Below are positions 38,270 to 49,662 of a stretch of 49,662 nucleotides of DNA, piece after piece; position 1 is the first letter of the stretch; each line of letters opens with the position of its first letter. Origin of the DNA: Chara braunii (taxonomy: Eukaryota; Plantae; Charophyceae). Made by a program: the position numbers and the translations under genes. Where the stretch lies: the NCBI GenBank assembly GCA_003427395.1, contig BFEA01000005.1, forward strand, positions 7,999,609 to 8,049,270, written 5' to 3'. Below the pieces are notes generated by a model. That model saw nothing but the letters and a program-made list of their open reading frames with translations, was not told the DNA's origin and did no database searches.

Positions 38270-38612
38270 GTACACCGAACATGTTCGGAGATTTTTCGAA
38301 CGTTCGAAGATGTTCGGGTGTTCGACTGAATGCCACCCGAACGTGTTCGGCCGAACATATTTAAAAAAAAAAAAAAAAAAGTTTTTTTTATTTTGTTTTT
38401 TTATTTTTAACTCGACTTTAGTTACGAATTCAAGCATACCTCCAAGACAAAATTTGTTTGTATTATTATTTTACATAACATATAGTTTTTCTCAGATTTT
38501 TTGGAGAACTTCTGTTGTTGTTTTTTTTTAAATATATTTTTATGTTTGCGTTCGGAGAGTTTCAGTGCTCGTTCGCGTTCAGTCCCAAACGTTCGGGTTC
38601 GGTCAACACGAT
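38270..38612. mobile_element. Degenerate DNA-transposon fragment with GTTCG/CGAAC subterminal repeats
   Basis: Dense GTTCG motifs. 38350-38480 resembles 42110-42240. The left end is not resolved. Confidence 0.45.
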
Positions 38613-38837
38613 GCTACACAACTGTGTATTATATTTTTTTCAATCCATAGAATGCTCTCTCAACGTCGACGGTGATCTGGAACTCGTTCTTGTGCCCCCC
38701 TCCCTTGTGTAGTGGAGCAAGGTTTCATTCTCAAGAGGACTGAATTTAGAGTTTGAAATCAGGGCATAAAAAATACCTATTGTACACCGTTCCACGAATA
38801 CGCCCAGATTCAGGTATGAAATTTGATCCTTTTTGTT

Positions 38838-38841
<4 letters not shown>

Positions 38842-38873
<32 letters not shown>

Positions 38874-38915
38874 TACACACACACACATAAACATTCACAC
38901 ACACACACACACACA
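38842..38915. repeat. (CT)n(CA)n compound microsatellite
   Basis: Directly visible. Confidence 0.9.
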
Positions 38916-40302
38916 AAATGTATGTGCCCCAGTGTAGTAGATTCTCTTTCTCTCTCACGTGTCCACACGATAGAGAGAGGGAGGGAGAATAGCGAAGAAG
39001 GTGTTAGACATTGAGGAGTAAATGGGGGAGGAAACATGAGAGTAGATGAGCATGAGGAAAGTAAATGGAAATCGAGTACTAGTTGAATGAAGATAAGAAA
39101 GTGAAGGTACTGGTGGTTTAACTTTTTTCTCTACTCTACCTTTATATTTTTGTCTCAAATGTGCGACGTACTCTGACAAAGGAAGTTTCATAATCATGGG
39201 ATTTGCTGATTTACTTAATATCTATTATGCAATCTGAGAATCCCGAACTCAATGAAAGTCAAAGGCAGTGAATAGAATGCCCAGTAATCACAACTTTATC
39301 TCGACAAAAAATTGCCCTGAATACAACTTTAAGGATTGAGCATTCTATTTGTGTGAAGACAGTATTTGGAGTAATTCGAAATTCCAGATATATCATTGGT
39401 CATCTGTTCCTTCTACGAGTTGTGCCTGTATTACGATGGCAATTTTTCTCTTCCGCTATCTCAGCGACTAATGCGCTTGTATTGTCTTCGGTCTTTTGTT
39501 CCTTGTACGTGTCTATACGACAGATATTTCCCCTCCGATGTTGATTGAAAATTCTTAATTTCTCGGATATCCTTCGCCTCACACTCCTTTATCAACCACG
39601 ACAGGAAACTTAAAGTTGCGGCTGACTACATCTTCATTGGGACAAACGCCCTGATGTCTTCGCACTACTATGTGTACATGTTCATTGGAGGGCGCCCGCC
39701 CGGTTCTACTTCAGCACGATGGGCAACCATATACGCAATTGATGCTGTTGGAGTTTGGTAAGGTAGTGAGGAAATTATATTATGAGAGTGATGAGGAGGA
39801 GAAGTGTGGGGAAAAACTGAGCTGTCTTACCTGCATAGGAGGTGCATGTGCTGCAACTCCATTCTCGTCAATGTCATTGAGGAGCGATGTTGCGCCGACC
39901 TTCACAGCCAGAGAGGTTGCAATGGGAGAATTGATTGATGTTGCGCAAGAGGCTCATCAACCATGTGCCAATACAAAAGAGGATGCATACATTGAGGTGG
40001 TGAGAAAGATAGCAGTCCATATGAGGAGAGGGTATTGCCAACAATCCTCTCTTGCTTCTTAGTGTATTCTCCGTTGCTGATCTAGTATTTATACTCTCTC
40101 TATGCTGGTTTGCTGACATGAGACATTGAGTAAAATTCAGACTTCCGTTGTGGACTATTCTTTACGCGCTACGAGTAAACTTTATTACATTAAGGATTGG
40201 CTTCCTATGCCAACCAAGCTCAGCTCGTAGAACTATGAGGGAAGTGAAGTCAAGTATGGATGGATGGATGGAGAGAGAGAGACAGGGACGGGGGGGAGGG
40301 AG

Positions 40303-40304
<2 letters not shown>

Positions 40305-40369
<65 letters not shown>

Positions 40370-40385
40370 AAAACACACACACACA
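40305..40385. repeat. (AG)n and (AC)n microsatellite
   Basis: Directly visible. Confidence 0.95.
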
Positions 40386-40709
40386 AAGATACAGACAGGG
40401 AGACAAAGATTTACACAAACATATGATGAAAGACAAACAGTCAGACGGAGTCCGACCTAACTATGATATATTTTCACTTGGTACTAAGTCGGTGTTGCAT
40501 GGCTCTTGAATAGTGTTGTAACATCTTGAATTGTTTATTTTTAAATTTTCGTGGTTCTGCTGATTCTGCTACCTCCTTTTTTTTTCCTTTTTTTTTTTTT
40601 TTTAATTTCAGTTTAATAAACATCATGAAACTCGGGTTACCAACTAATAAAGGTGATAGGAGTCCCCCCCCATTAACAGGGTCTTCATTGTTATCATCAA
40701 AAATTCCTA

Positions 40710-41050
40710 AAATAAATTATGTTATGCAGAAAAATAAACTGAACATTTTTTTCCTCAAGGTCACATCAAAATTCTTTGCGAAATTTAAAATAGAAAATAA
40801 AATTAAAAATATATCTAGGATGTTTTTTTGCCCGGCCAGGCATCCGGGCAAGTTGCCCGGGGGTTATATTGTCGGTCGTACGGGTGTAAGAAACCGGGCA
40901 AATTTTTATTTTTTTATTTTTTTTTTGGCGGGGGTTTCTGCGCATGGATAGAGGACCCCAAATCCGGGCTCAATTTTTGGTTTTTGCATAGTCGACGAAC
41001 TTGCCCGGCTGGGCGCACACGTCCGACAAACTCACTTGCCCGGACACACG
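40710..41050. mobile_element. Transposon fragment sharing the core of the 280-bp MITE, with TTGCCCGG/CCGGGCAA repeats
   Basis: TGTTATGCAGAAAAATAAACTGAACA...GGTCACATCAAAATTCTTT matches 3457-3520. Several GCCCGG motifs in both orientations. Confidence 0.55.
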
Positions 41051-41094
41051 TTTTGGAAAATTCGCCCAACCAAAACAAAAATGTAGACTCGACA

Positions 41095-41605
41095 TGATGG
41101 GTGTAGGGGGGAAGGTTGTTGGCATCGTGCTGGTCAGACCAATGTTTCTGGTTGTGGTTGTGGTTGCTGTTTCTGTTCCCGGTTATGGTTGTTGTTTCGG
41201 TTTGTTTTCTGTTTCCGTTTCTGGTTGCTGTTGTTGTTTCTGTTTATGTTTCTGTTGCTAGTTCTGGTTCTGGTTTTGGTTTTGTGTGTTCTGAATCTGG
41301 TCCTGCAGTTGTGGATCATGCTGTTTTTGTTCCACTTCTAGTTCTGGGTATTCCAGTTCATGTCTGGTCCCGTTAGTACTGATGCAGATGTGGTCCCAAT
41401 CCCACATCTGCATCCTTTAGATGTGGGAAGGGTTGTTGGCATGGTGTTGGTCCATTGTTGCCGTTTCTGTTCGGGGGTTCTAGTTGTTCTCTCTGTTTCT
41501 TTTCTGTTTTTGTTTCTGGTTGTTTTTGTTTCTGCTGCTGTTTCTGTTTCTGTTTCTGTTTCTGTTTCTGTTTCTGTTTCTGTTTCTTTTTTCTGTTTCA
41601 GTTTC
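41095..41605. repeat. Two ~320-bp units containing (TTTCTG)n-type hexamer repeats
   Basis: GGTTGTTGGCAT.GTG.TGGTC occurs at ~41114 and ~41431, each followed by GTTTCT-type runs. Confidence 0.75.
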
Positions 41606-41742
41606 ATGTGGGGCATCAATGGAGATAACGTGGCACATGATGGCATATGGGGAAGTCCAAGCAATAAACAGTGACACATACTCCGAAAAATCATCGACGA
41701 CACGTGACATGGTGTTCGGATAAACAACATCGAACCAGACCC

Positions 41743-42676
41743 AACACAGGATTCGTGAAAACCTAACAAAATAAATTGTTAGGTTTACATGAAATGTATT
41801 CAAGATTATGATAATACGTTTTTCAGGCCTCCTCTAGGAACACAATTGTACGTGAGTTAAAACAACCGCAAAAAAAAGAATAAGAACTCTTTTTCAAAAC
41901 CACTCGAAGTGGCGAGGAGAAAAGCAGGTTTTTCGACATAAAATCACTACCTGGTGAAGCAGCGTATTTTCAATAACAGAAATATCTCATTTTTTTGTTA
42001 TCTAAAAAAATCATGTTTATAGTCTTATAAGATGTATAGCACGATCAACGTATTCAGGGGGGTTTCGAACGCTCAAACATGTTCTCAAACATATTCTCCC
42101 ACATCTTAGCGAACATATTATTTTTTATTGTTTAGTTTTTTTTTTTTTCTATTTTTTTTATTTTAAACTCGTGTTTGGCTAAGAACTTGAAGGTCTCTCC
42201 CTAACAAAAGTTATTCGTATTCTTATTTTAAATGACAAATGTTTTTTGCTAATGGTTTTATTGTTAACGTCAAAATTGATTTATAGTCTTATTAATCAGT
42301 TTTCGCTGATCTTGGTCTTTACCTAACTGCTAAAAATGACTTATAGTTTTATAAATGAGTATTAAGCAAAATCCGTTTTTTTTTTAACATCTTTCAAGTT
42401 TGCGTTGTAGTCCTTAAAAATTGTCATATTTGAGCTTTGCTTTTTGCAAGTCTACCGAGAATGACTTATAGCCATATAAGAGGATTTTGCAAGAAAGATT
42501 TTTCTTGCACATTTTGAGGAACAGTTGACTCTTCACCATGTTTTTTGCCTCCTTTATCGAAAAACAGTTAAAAACGTTCTTTTTTGTGTAAAAAATAATA
42601 GTTTGATTTTTACTTTCTCATTCTATTAAAAATATGAGGTTTTGTCGTTTTGTTAGGTTTTCATGAATCCAATGTT
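41743..42676 (+). mobile_element. ~930-bp non-autonomous TIR element, copy A
   Basis: TIR AACACAGGATTCGTGAAAACCTAACAAAA / TTTTGTTAGGTTTTCATGAATCCAATGTT, flanked by ACCC on both sides (41739-41742 and 42677-42680). Confidence 0.82.
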
Positions 42677-43819
42677 ACCCTGAGAGGACATGTGGCATTA
42701 ATGGCATATCGGGTAACTGGTAAGAGGGCGGGTTGAATGATTGCAAGACACACTGGGTCACAATTATCATGGTAGAGATTGTCAAACACACACACGTTGT
42801 AAACAGATGCACAATCATGCTGTACAAAATGAGACATGTTGCACCCGAAGACACACAATGTCACACAGACACAAACAACATGGATTAGACTGCTCTTACA
42901 GACTAACTAGTAGACTCACTCAAAGACTAATTTAGACGACTCCCTGGGCAAAAGACAGGAGAGAAACGCGCATTGCCCAATGCACTCACACTTCTAGACA
43001 CAGCAGACATTTGCACACCGATGGAGATCCAAAATGATCATATCTGTGATTGACACACACACACACACAAATGCTATAGTATTCTGGGTTCCTCCATTTG
43101 TGTTTACAACCTAAAGGCTGCGTTAAAAGGGAACCCCTCTATCTCTTTCTCTCTCTCTCTCTCTCTCTCTCCTTTCCCTCTCCCCTCCCCGCAAAAAAAT
43201 AAGAATATAGGCCCTTACATGCTTCACTAGGCCAGTTATATATCCTACAGTCCGGCCTAGCCCATTTGGGGGGTTGCATGTGTATACTACATAGGCATTT
43301 GAGCTATTCATTAAGAGTACTTACCCGACTGAGAGCCGTTAGTGAGACTTCAGACCGACTTCGATCCACACGGGCTAGGTCAACCTGCGATAGGAGATCG
43401 ACCCCTGAGTTATGCTGCTCGAAGACATTTTTCCTAAGTACGACACGCCTAGCTGAGAGTGACTACCTTGTGTTTGGGGACTCGAGACTTTTGCTAGAGG
43501 GCCAATTGCGTAGGAGTTAGCGGGGTTTGGTTGCGTACCTATATAACTTACAACCATTGGTAGAAAAGTTATTATTATATTCTGATCTTGGCTTTCATTG
43601 TTCTGAATTTGCTTTTCCTTCTTATTAGCCACATGATTCCCCCCCCCCCCCGCCCCCACCCCAATTTTGCATACTTTTTATAACTCTTTTTTCCAAGTTT
43701 CTTAATCCATATATATATATATATATTTTTCCCCACCTGTTTAAAAGAGTTTTTAATTTTTCCTACTTAGTTTAAACCTAGATGGAAAATGACAATATAA
43801 CTCAATAAATCAAGAAAAA

Positions 43820-45390
43820 TTAAAACCCCGAAGTGTGTTCTGGTAATGAAACACCGAATCTTAACTCGGATATAACACACTAGAGACATTAAGTAATATG
43901 ACTAAGTAAAACCCGAAAATCCCGAAGCGTGTTTTGGTAACGAAACAGCGAATCTCTGCTCAGATATAGCACACTAGAAACACTCACTAAGAAAAACCCG
44001 AAAATCCCGAAGTGTGTTTCGGTAACAAAACACCGAAGCCAGACTCGGATGAAACATCGAAACATAAGTAAGTAAAATCCGAAAACCCTGAAGTACGTTT
44101 TGATAATGAAACACCGAATCTAGGCTTGGATTAAACTTTGAAATATGACCAAGTAAAACCCGAAAACCCCGAAGTGTATTTCGTTAACGAAACACTGAAT
44201 CGAGGTTTGGATTAAACTTTGAAATATGCCTAAGTAAGACCCGAAAACCCTTCAGTGTGTTTCGGTAACGAAACACCGAATCTCGGCTCAGACATAACGC
44301 ACTTCAAAGACCAAGTAAAACCCGAAAATCCCGAAGTGTGTTTAAGTAACAGAACACCGAATTGAACCTTGGATAAAACTTTGAAATATGACTAAGTAAT
44401 ACCTGAAAACACGAAAGTGTGTTTCGGTAATAAAACACCAAATATAGGTTTGGATAAAACTTTACAATATGACTAGGTAAAACCCGTAAACCCCGAAGTG
44501 TGTTTCCATAATGAAACACTGAATCTAGGCTTATATAAAACTTCGAAATGTAACCAAGTAAAACCCGAAAAACTGTGAATTGTGTTTCGTTAACGAAACA
44601 CCAAAGCCAGACTCGGATTAAACTTTGAAACATAACTAAGTAAAACCCGAAAACCCCGAAGTGTATTTCAGTAACGGAACACCGAATCTAGGCTTGGATA
44701 TAACTTTGAAAGATGACTAAGTAAGACCCGAGAACACCGAAGTGTGTTTCGGTAATGAAACACTGAATCTAGGTTTGGATAAAACTTTGAAATATGGCTA
44801 ATTAAAACTCGAAAACCCCGAAGTGTGTTTTGGTAACGAGACACCGAATCTAGGCTTGGATTAAACCTTGAAATATGACTAAGTAAAACCCGAAACCCTG
44901 AAGTGTGTTTCAGTAATGAAACACCGAATCTGGGTTTGGAAGAAACTTCGAAATATAACTAAGTAAAACCCAAAAACCCTTAAGTGTGTTTCAGTAATGA
45001 AACACCGAATCCAGACTTAGATTAAACTTTGAAATATGACTAAGTAAAACCCGGAAACCCCGAAGTGTGTTTTGGTAATGAAACACCGAATCTAGGCTTA
45101 AGTTAAACTTTATAATTTGACTAAATAAAACCCGAAAACCCCAAAGTGTGTTTCGGTAACGAAACACCGAATCTAAGCTTGCATAAAACTTCGAAATCCG
45201 ATCAAGTAAAACCTGAAAACCCCGAAGTGTGTTTTGTTAATGAAACAATGAATCTAGGTTTGGATAAAACTTCAAAATGTAACTAAGTAAAAATTAAAAA
45301 CCCCGACGAGCGTTTCGGTAACGAAACAACGAATCCTGACTTATATTAAACTTTGAAATATTAATAAATAAAACCCGAAAACCCCGATGT
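43820..45390. repeat. ~81-bp satellite, left part (~19 units)
   Basis: Unit AAGTAAAACCCGAAAACCCCGAAGTGTGTTTCGGTAACGAAACACCGAATCTAGGCTTGGATAAAACTTTGAAATATGACT. Confidence 0.95.
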
Positions 45391-46364
45391 AAGACTTGAT
45401 TCATGAAAACCTAACAAAACCACAAAACCTAATATTTTTTATAGAATGAAAAAATAAAAGTCAACTTGTTATTTTTGACAAATAAAAGAGATCATTTTTA
45501 CTGTTTGCCGATAAAAGAGGGAAAAAAACATGCAAAAGGTCTAACAATTCTCAAAATGTGCAAAAAAATATTTTCCTGCAAAGAGCATGTTACAAGACTA
45601 TAAGTTGTTCTCAGTAGATTGAAAAAAAACATTGCTCAAACAAGACAATTTTCAAGCACTGCAAGGCGGACTCGAAAAATGTTAAAAAAAACAGTTTCGA
45701 TGAATACTCATTTGTATAACTCTAAGTCGTTTAAATCAGTTTCGTAAAAACAAGAGTCTGCGAAAGCTAGTTTATAGAACTACAATAGTATAAATTAATA
45801 TAACTTCATTTTTAAGTTAATTGTAAAACCCTTGTGAAAAAAAAATTATGTTATGTAAAAGAAAATCCGAACAGCTTTTGTTAGGGAGACATCAACAAAT
45901 TTTTAGTTTACCACGATTTAAAATTACAAAATAGAAAAATATTTTAATTAAACACACTAAAAAATAATATATTCGTCTATGTATGAAAGAACATTTTCAA
46001 GCGAATGTATTCGTGAACTGGAGAATAAGTGTGCGTGTTTTGAAAACCCCGGAATAGGTTCATCGTGCTACATACCTTATAGAACTATAAATATATTTTT
46101 CTTAGATAAATAAAAAATTGAGATATTTAAGTTCTTGAACAAACAGTGCTTTGCAAGGTGGTGATTTTTTTGCAAATAACCTTGGTTCTCCCCTCTCCAC
46201 TTCTAGCGGTTCAAAAAAAATACTTTTCTATTTTTTTTCAGTTAATTTACTTCACATTAAATTTTGTTCATGCAGGAGGCCTGAAAAATGTACTATCATA
46301 ATCTTTCAAAACATTTATGCAAACCTAACAATTTTTTTTGTTAGGTTCTTATGAATTCTATGTT
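45391..46364 (-). mobile_element. ~970-bp non-autonomous TIR element, copy B (inverted relative to A), inserted in the 81-bp satellite
   Basis: GATTCATGAAAACCTAACAAAA ... TTTTGTTAGGTTCTTATGAATTC. The interior is a diverged reverse complement of 41743-42676, and the satellite resumes in phase. Confidence 0.82.
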
Positions 46365-47635
46365 GAAGTGTGTTTCAGTAACGAAACCTCGAATCTAGGC
46401 TTGCATAAAATTCGAAATCTAACCAAGTAAAACATGAAAAACCCGAAGAGTGTTTCGGTAACGAAACATCAAAGCCGTGCTTGCATAAAACTTCGAAATA
46501 TGACCAAGTAAAACATTGAATGTTGAAGTGTGTTTTGTTATAAAAACATTGAATCTAGGTTTGGATATAACACACTAGAAACACTAAGTAAGAGTCGAAA
46601 ACCCCGAAGTGTATTTTGGTAACAAAACACCTAAGCCAGACTTGGAATAAACTTTGAAATATGACAAAGTAAAACCCGAAAATGTCGAAGTGTGTTTCGG
46701 TAACGATACATCGAATCTTGGCTTGTACTGAACTTTGAAATATGACTAAATAAAACCCGAAAACCCCGAAGAGTGTTTCGCTAAAGAAACATTAAATCTA
46801 AGCTCGGATAAAACTTCAAAATATGACAAAGTAAAACTCGAAAACCCCGAAGTGTGTTTCGTTAACGAAATACCGAATCCAGGCTTCAAAAAAACAAAGT
46901 AGAAACACTAAGTTAAACTCTAAAACCTCGAAGTGTGTTTTGGTAATGAAACACCGATGCCAGACTTGAATTAAACTTTGAAATATGACCAAGTAAAACC
47001 AGAAAACCACGAAGTGTGTTTCGACACTGAAACACGAAATCTTGGCTTGGAGTGAACTTTTAAATATGACTAAATAAAATCCAAGAACCCCGAAGTGTGT
47101 TTCGGTAATGAAACACCGAATCTTGGCTTGGAGTAAACTTTGAAATATGACCAAGGAAAACCCGAAAACCCCGAAGTGTATTTCGGTAACGAAACACAGA
47201 ATCTAGGTTTAGATTAGACTTTGAAATATGACTAAAAATATATGAAAACCCCGAAGTGTGTTTCGGTAACGAAACACCGAATCTAGACTTGCATGAAAAA
47301 CCGAAAACCTCGAAGTGTGTTTCCTTAACGAAACACGGAATCTAAAGTTGGATGAAACTTTGAAATATAACTAAGTAAAAGCCGAAAACCCTGAAGTTTG
47401 TTTCTGTAATGAAGCATCGAATCTTGACTTAGATTAAACTTTGAAATATGACTAAACAAAGCCCGAAAACCCTGAAGTGTGTTTCGGTAACGAAACAACG
47501 AATCTAGGTTTGCATAAAACTTTGAAATATGACCAAGTAAAACCCGAAAACCCCGAAGTGTGTTTCGGTAACGGATCACCGAAGCCAAACTTGGATATAA
47601 CTCTCTAAAAAAACTAAGTAAAACCCCGAAGTGTA
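46365..47635. repeat. ~81-bp satellite, right part (~16 units)
   Basis: Same unit as 43820-45390. Confidence 0.95.
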
Positions 47636-48106
47636 AAACATCAAATGAGCATATTTATGCTCAGTATATCATATATAAGAGTTTTTTCGTTATAGATTCA
47701 ATGAAACATAAGACATCCGTTAACCATGTCTCTGAATGATGCAACAATGCAAAGTTCACAACTAGGACTTTTAGTAATACTTGTACCTGACCTAACCACA
47801 CCCTCTTTGAAAGCCAATCACCCATACCCACTCTATACCTGGCCTGCCGGACCTTTATCCATCTCCACGTGCTACAAAAAAAAACTGTATACCGTGACCT
47901 ACCCTACATGAACCTCTTCAGTATGTAACTCGTCATACCTACAAGTGAACTATGTTTTTCAAAACCATCTATGACCATCTGAACCCAAACCATTTGTTAA
48001 CCTCCCATACCCTACCCTACCTAAGTTTTCTTTACCTGTACCCACCCGTACCTACCGATAATTGTGTCCACCCACCTGTAACCACCCATGCTCGTCACCC
48101 ACCCTT

Positions 48107-48270
48107 CCCTAATCGCCCATAACCGCCCATAACTGCCCCAGAATGTCCCTAATCGCGCTTAACTGTCCCTAACGGTCCCTAACCGCCCTTAACTGATTTT
48201 ATTTTTTTTTAATTGCCCCTAACCACCCCTAGTTGTCCTTAACCGCCTCAAACTGTCCCCAACCCCCTAA
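48107..48270. repeat. 10-bp degenerate minisatellite (CCCTAACCGC)
   Basis: TAAC/TAAT recurs at 10-bp spacing. Confidence 0.65.
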
Positions 48271-48481
48271 ATGTCAAAGGATTGACGTGATAATTTTTAT
48301 TATTATTAATATTATTATTTTATTTTATTATTTTCGAGATGTGGCAGCTGCTGTAGTTACTATCGCAACAACAACAGTTGTTACATCTGGTTACTCTGAT
48401 GCTGCTATGGATGCATCTAGTGCTACATCAGCCTATGCAACCTGCATATCATCTACAAATGCAACAACCCTCCGTCTGTCG

Positions 48482-48625
48482 CACACTTGTACACTCTCAC
48501 ACACACACACACACATACAACATACACACGCACACACACATACACACACACACACACATACACACACACACACGCACACACACACACACATGCACTCACA
48601 CGCACACATACACATACACACGCAT
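48482..48625. repeat. Degenerate (CA)n microsatellite
   Basis: Directly visible. Confidence 0.92.
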
Positions 48626-48953
48626 ATATAAATATTACATACATAGGGTTACACACATGAAAATAGTTAGAAATTTTGAAAAATAAAAATGAAAATAAAT
48701 GAAGAGCAGCCGATGCGATGGACGAGCCATGTTCCGGAATATTTTTATTTTCGAACCTGACCTTTTCGATGACCCCCACCCTGGCAATATTCAGGAAACT
48801 GGTCTTCCACTCGCGATCACATGTGATCCAACCCCCTTCCCCGTCACCGAGTGCCATGACCCACCAACCCTCTTTGATAGCCGGTTGTATAACCTTCAGG
48901 TGCCAAATCACGTTGTGCCCCGATTCCGCCTTAGTCAATCAGGTGTGCGTCTG

Positions 48954-49662
48954 TGTAGCGGACCTCGAGTTGGCCTGTGAGACCAGCCCCTTGGCCTGTT
49001 CTCACAGGCCTGTGTTACATTCGGGGTAGGCCAATCCAGGCCGGTACCTCTGTCGGTACCAGCCAGTCCAGTCCAGTCCCGTCAGTCCGCTGGGGTATAC
49101 CCCAACCATTGTCTGTTTTCAGTCTCATTCCTCACTTGCACATTTTGGAGTACGTGCGTTGAAGTCTTGCGTGGGGAGCTGCGTTGTGCCATCTTGCTCC
49201 CCCTTCTTCCNCCATCTCCATCTCTGTCACTAGCGGAGCACCACACCTGGTGGGTCCGCTACATTGGTATCGGAGCGGGAACGGTCCCCGCCCCCACCCA
49301 CCACACCGCACAGCAGCGAAATACTACAAAACCCGACAGTCGGGTTTTGGCTGTTTTTGGGGCGTTTTGGGGCAAAAAAGCGGGAAAAACGACGGGAAAA
49401 GGTGCTGCAGCAGGAGAGCTCCACGTGGTGAAAAAGGAAGCCGGACCCTGACGCGTGCGCGCAAACGCCGCGCGCGCCACGCGGCCCCGCTGCCCCGCCC
49501 CGCTCCCGGATTTATATTATCAAGATTCGGGATGCAACGGCTGCTGTAGGGGTTTGAACCCAGGCACTACCGGAGCCATGCGCGTGTGTAAGCAGCCTCA
49601 TAACACACTCGCCACAGTGTGTCCTTGGCTTTGTAACACGGCACACTCATGTTGAAGAGGTG
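48954..49662 (+). mobile_element. 5' end of an LTR retrotransposon: 310-bp LTR (48954-49263), PBS and leader, truncated by the window end
   Basis: The LTR has a perfect 11-bp terminal inverted repeat TGTAGCGGACC / GGTCCGCTACA, followed after 1 nt by TGGTATCGGAGC. Confidence 0.88.
49265..49276 (+). promoter_or_regulatory. Primer-binding site, tRNA-iMet type
   Basis: TGGTATCGGAGC is one mismatch from the canonical plant TGGTATCAGAGC and lies directly after the LTR end. Confidence 0.85.

Noticed and set aside
42681-43560. Possible minus-strand solo LTR
   Set aside because: The composition is LTR-like, but I could not identify matching TG..CA ends with a TSD, PBS or PPT.
43820-47635. CRISPR-like array of palindromic repeats
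   Set aside because: The sequence between hairpins is itself repeated, so this is a satellite.
48107-48270. Interstitial telomere repeat
   Set aside because: It contains CCCTAA, but the period is 10 bp and degenerate, not tandem CCCTAAA or CCCTAA.
48699-48953. Coding fragment upstream of the LTR
   Set aside because: Frames are open on both strands, but I recognise no motif.

Overview
This is repeat-dense eukaryotic nuclear DNA with three long N-gaps, and I find no intact protein-coding gene. It is most likely from a streptophyte plant, judged from a plant-type spliced PrimPol and a tRNA-iMet primer-binding site. Most ORFs in the track are artefacts of microsatellites, satellites and gaps. 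There are two recognisable coding relics, both on the + strand and about 3 kb apart. One is a decayed DUF7869-type (Sola-like) DDD transposase at ~22.7-25.9 kb. The other is a divergent, intron-containing PrimPol (primase-polymerase) pseudogene at ~29.1-35.7 kb that the ORF track largely misses. Upstream of the transposase is a ~17-kb mosaic of different tandem repeats, most of which carry the dyad GGAT-NN-ATCC; the dyad reappears downstream of the transposase. A 5.3-kb TGT...ACA insertion with a 4-bp TSD splits a 28-bp satellite in that mosaic. The rest is nested non-autonomous elements: two tRNA-derived SINE copies, Mutator-, Harbinger- and hAT-type MITEs, several unclassified TIR elements with apparent 4-bp TSDs, an 81-bp hairpin satellite, and the 5' LTR plus PBS of an LTR retrotransposon at the right edge. 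My best candidate for a new system, which is inference only, is a large DUF7869/Sola-like DNA transposon with dyad binding-site arrays, 4-bp-TSD non-autonomous partners and possibly a captured PrimPol. All family assignments come from remembered motifs, not database searches.
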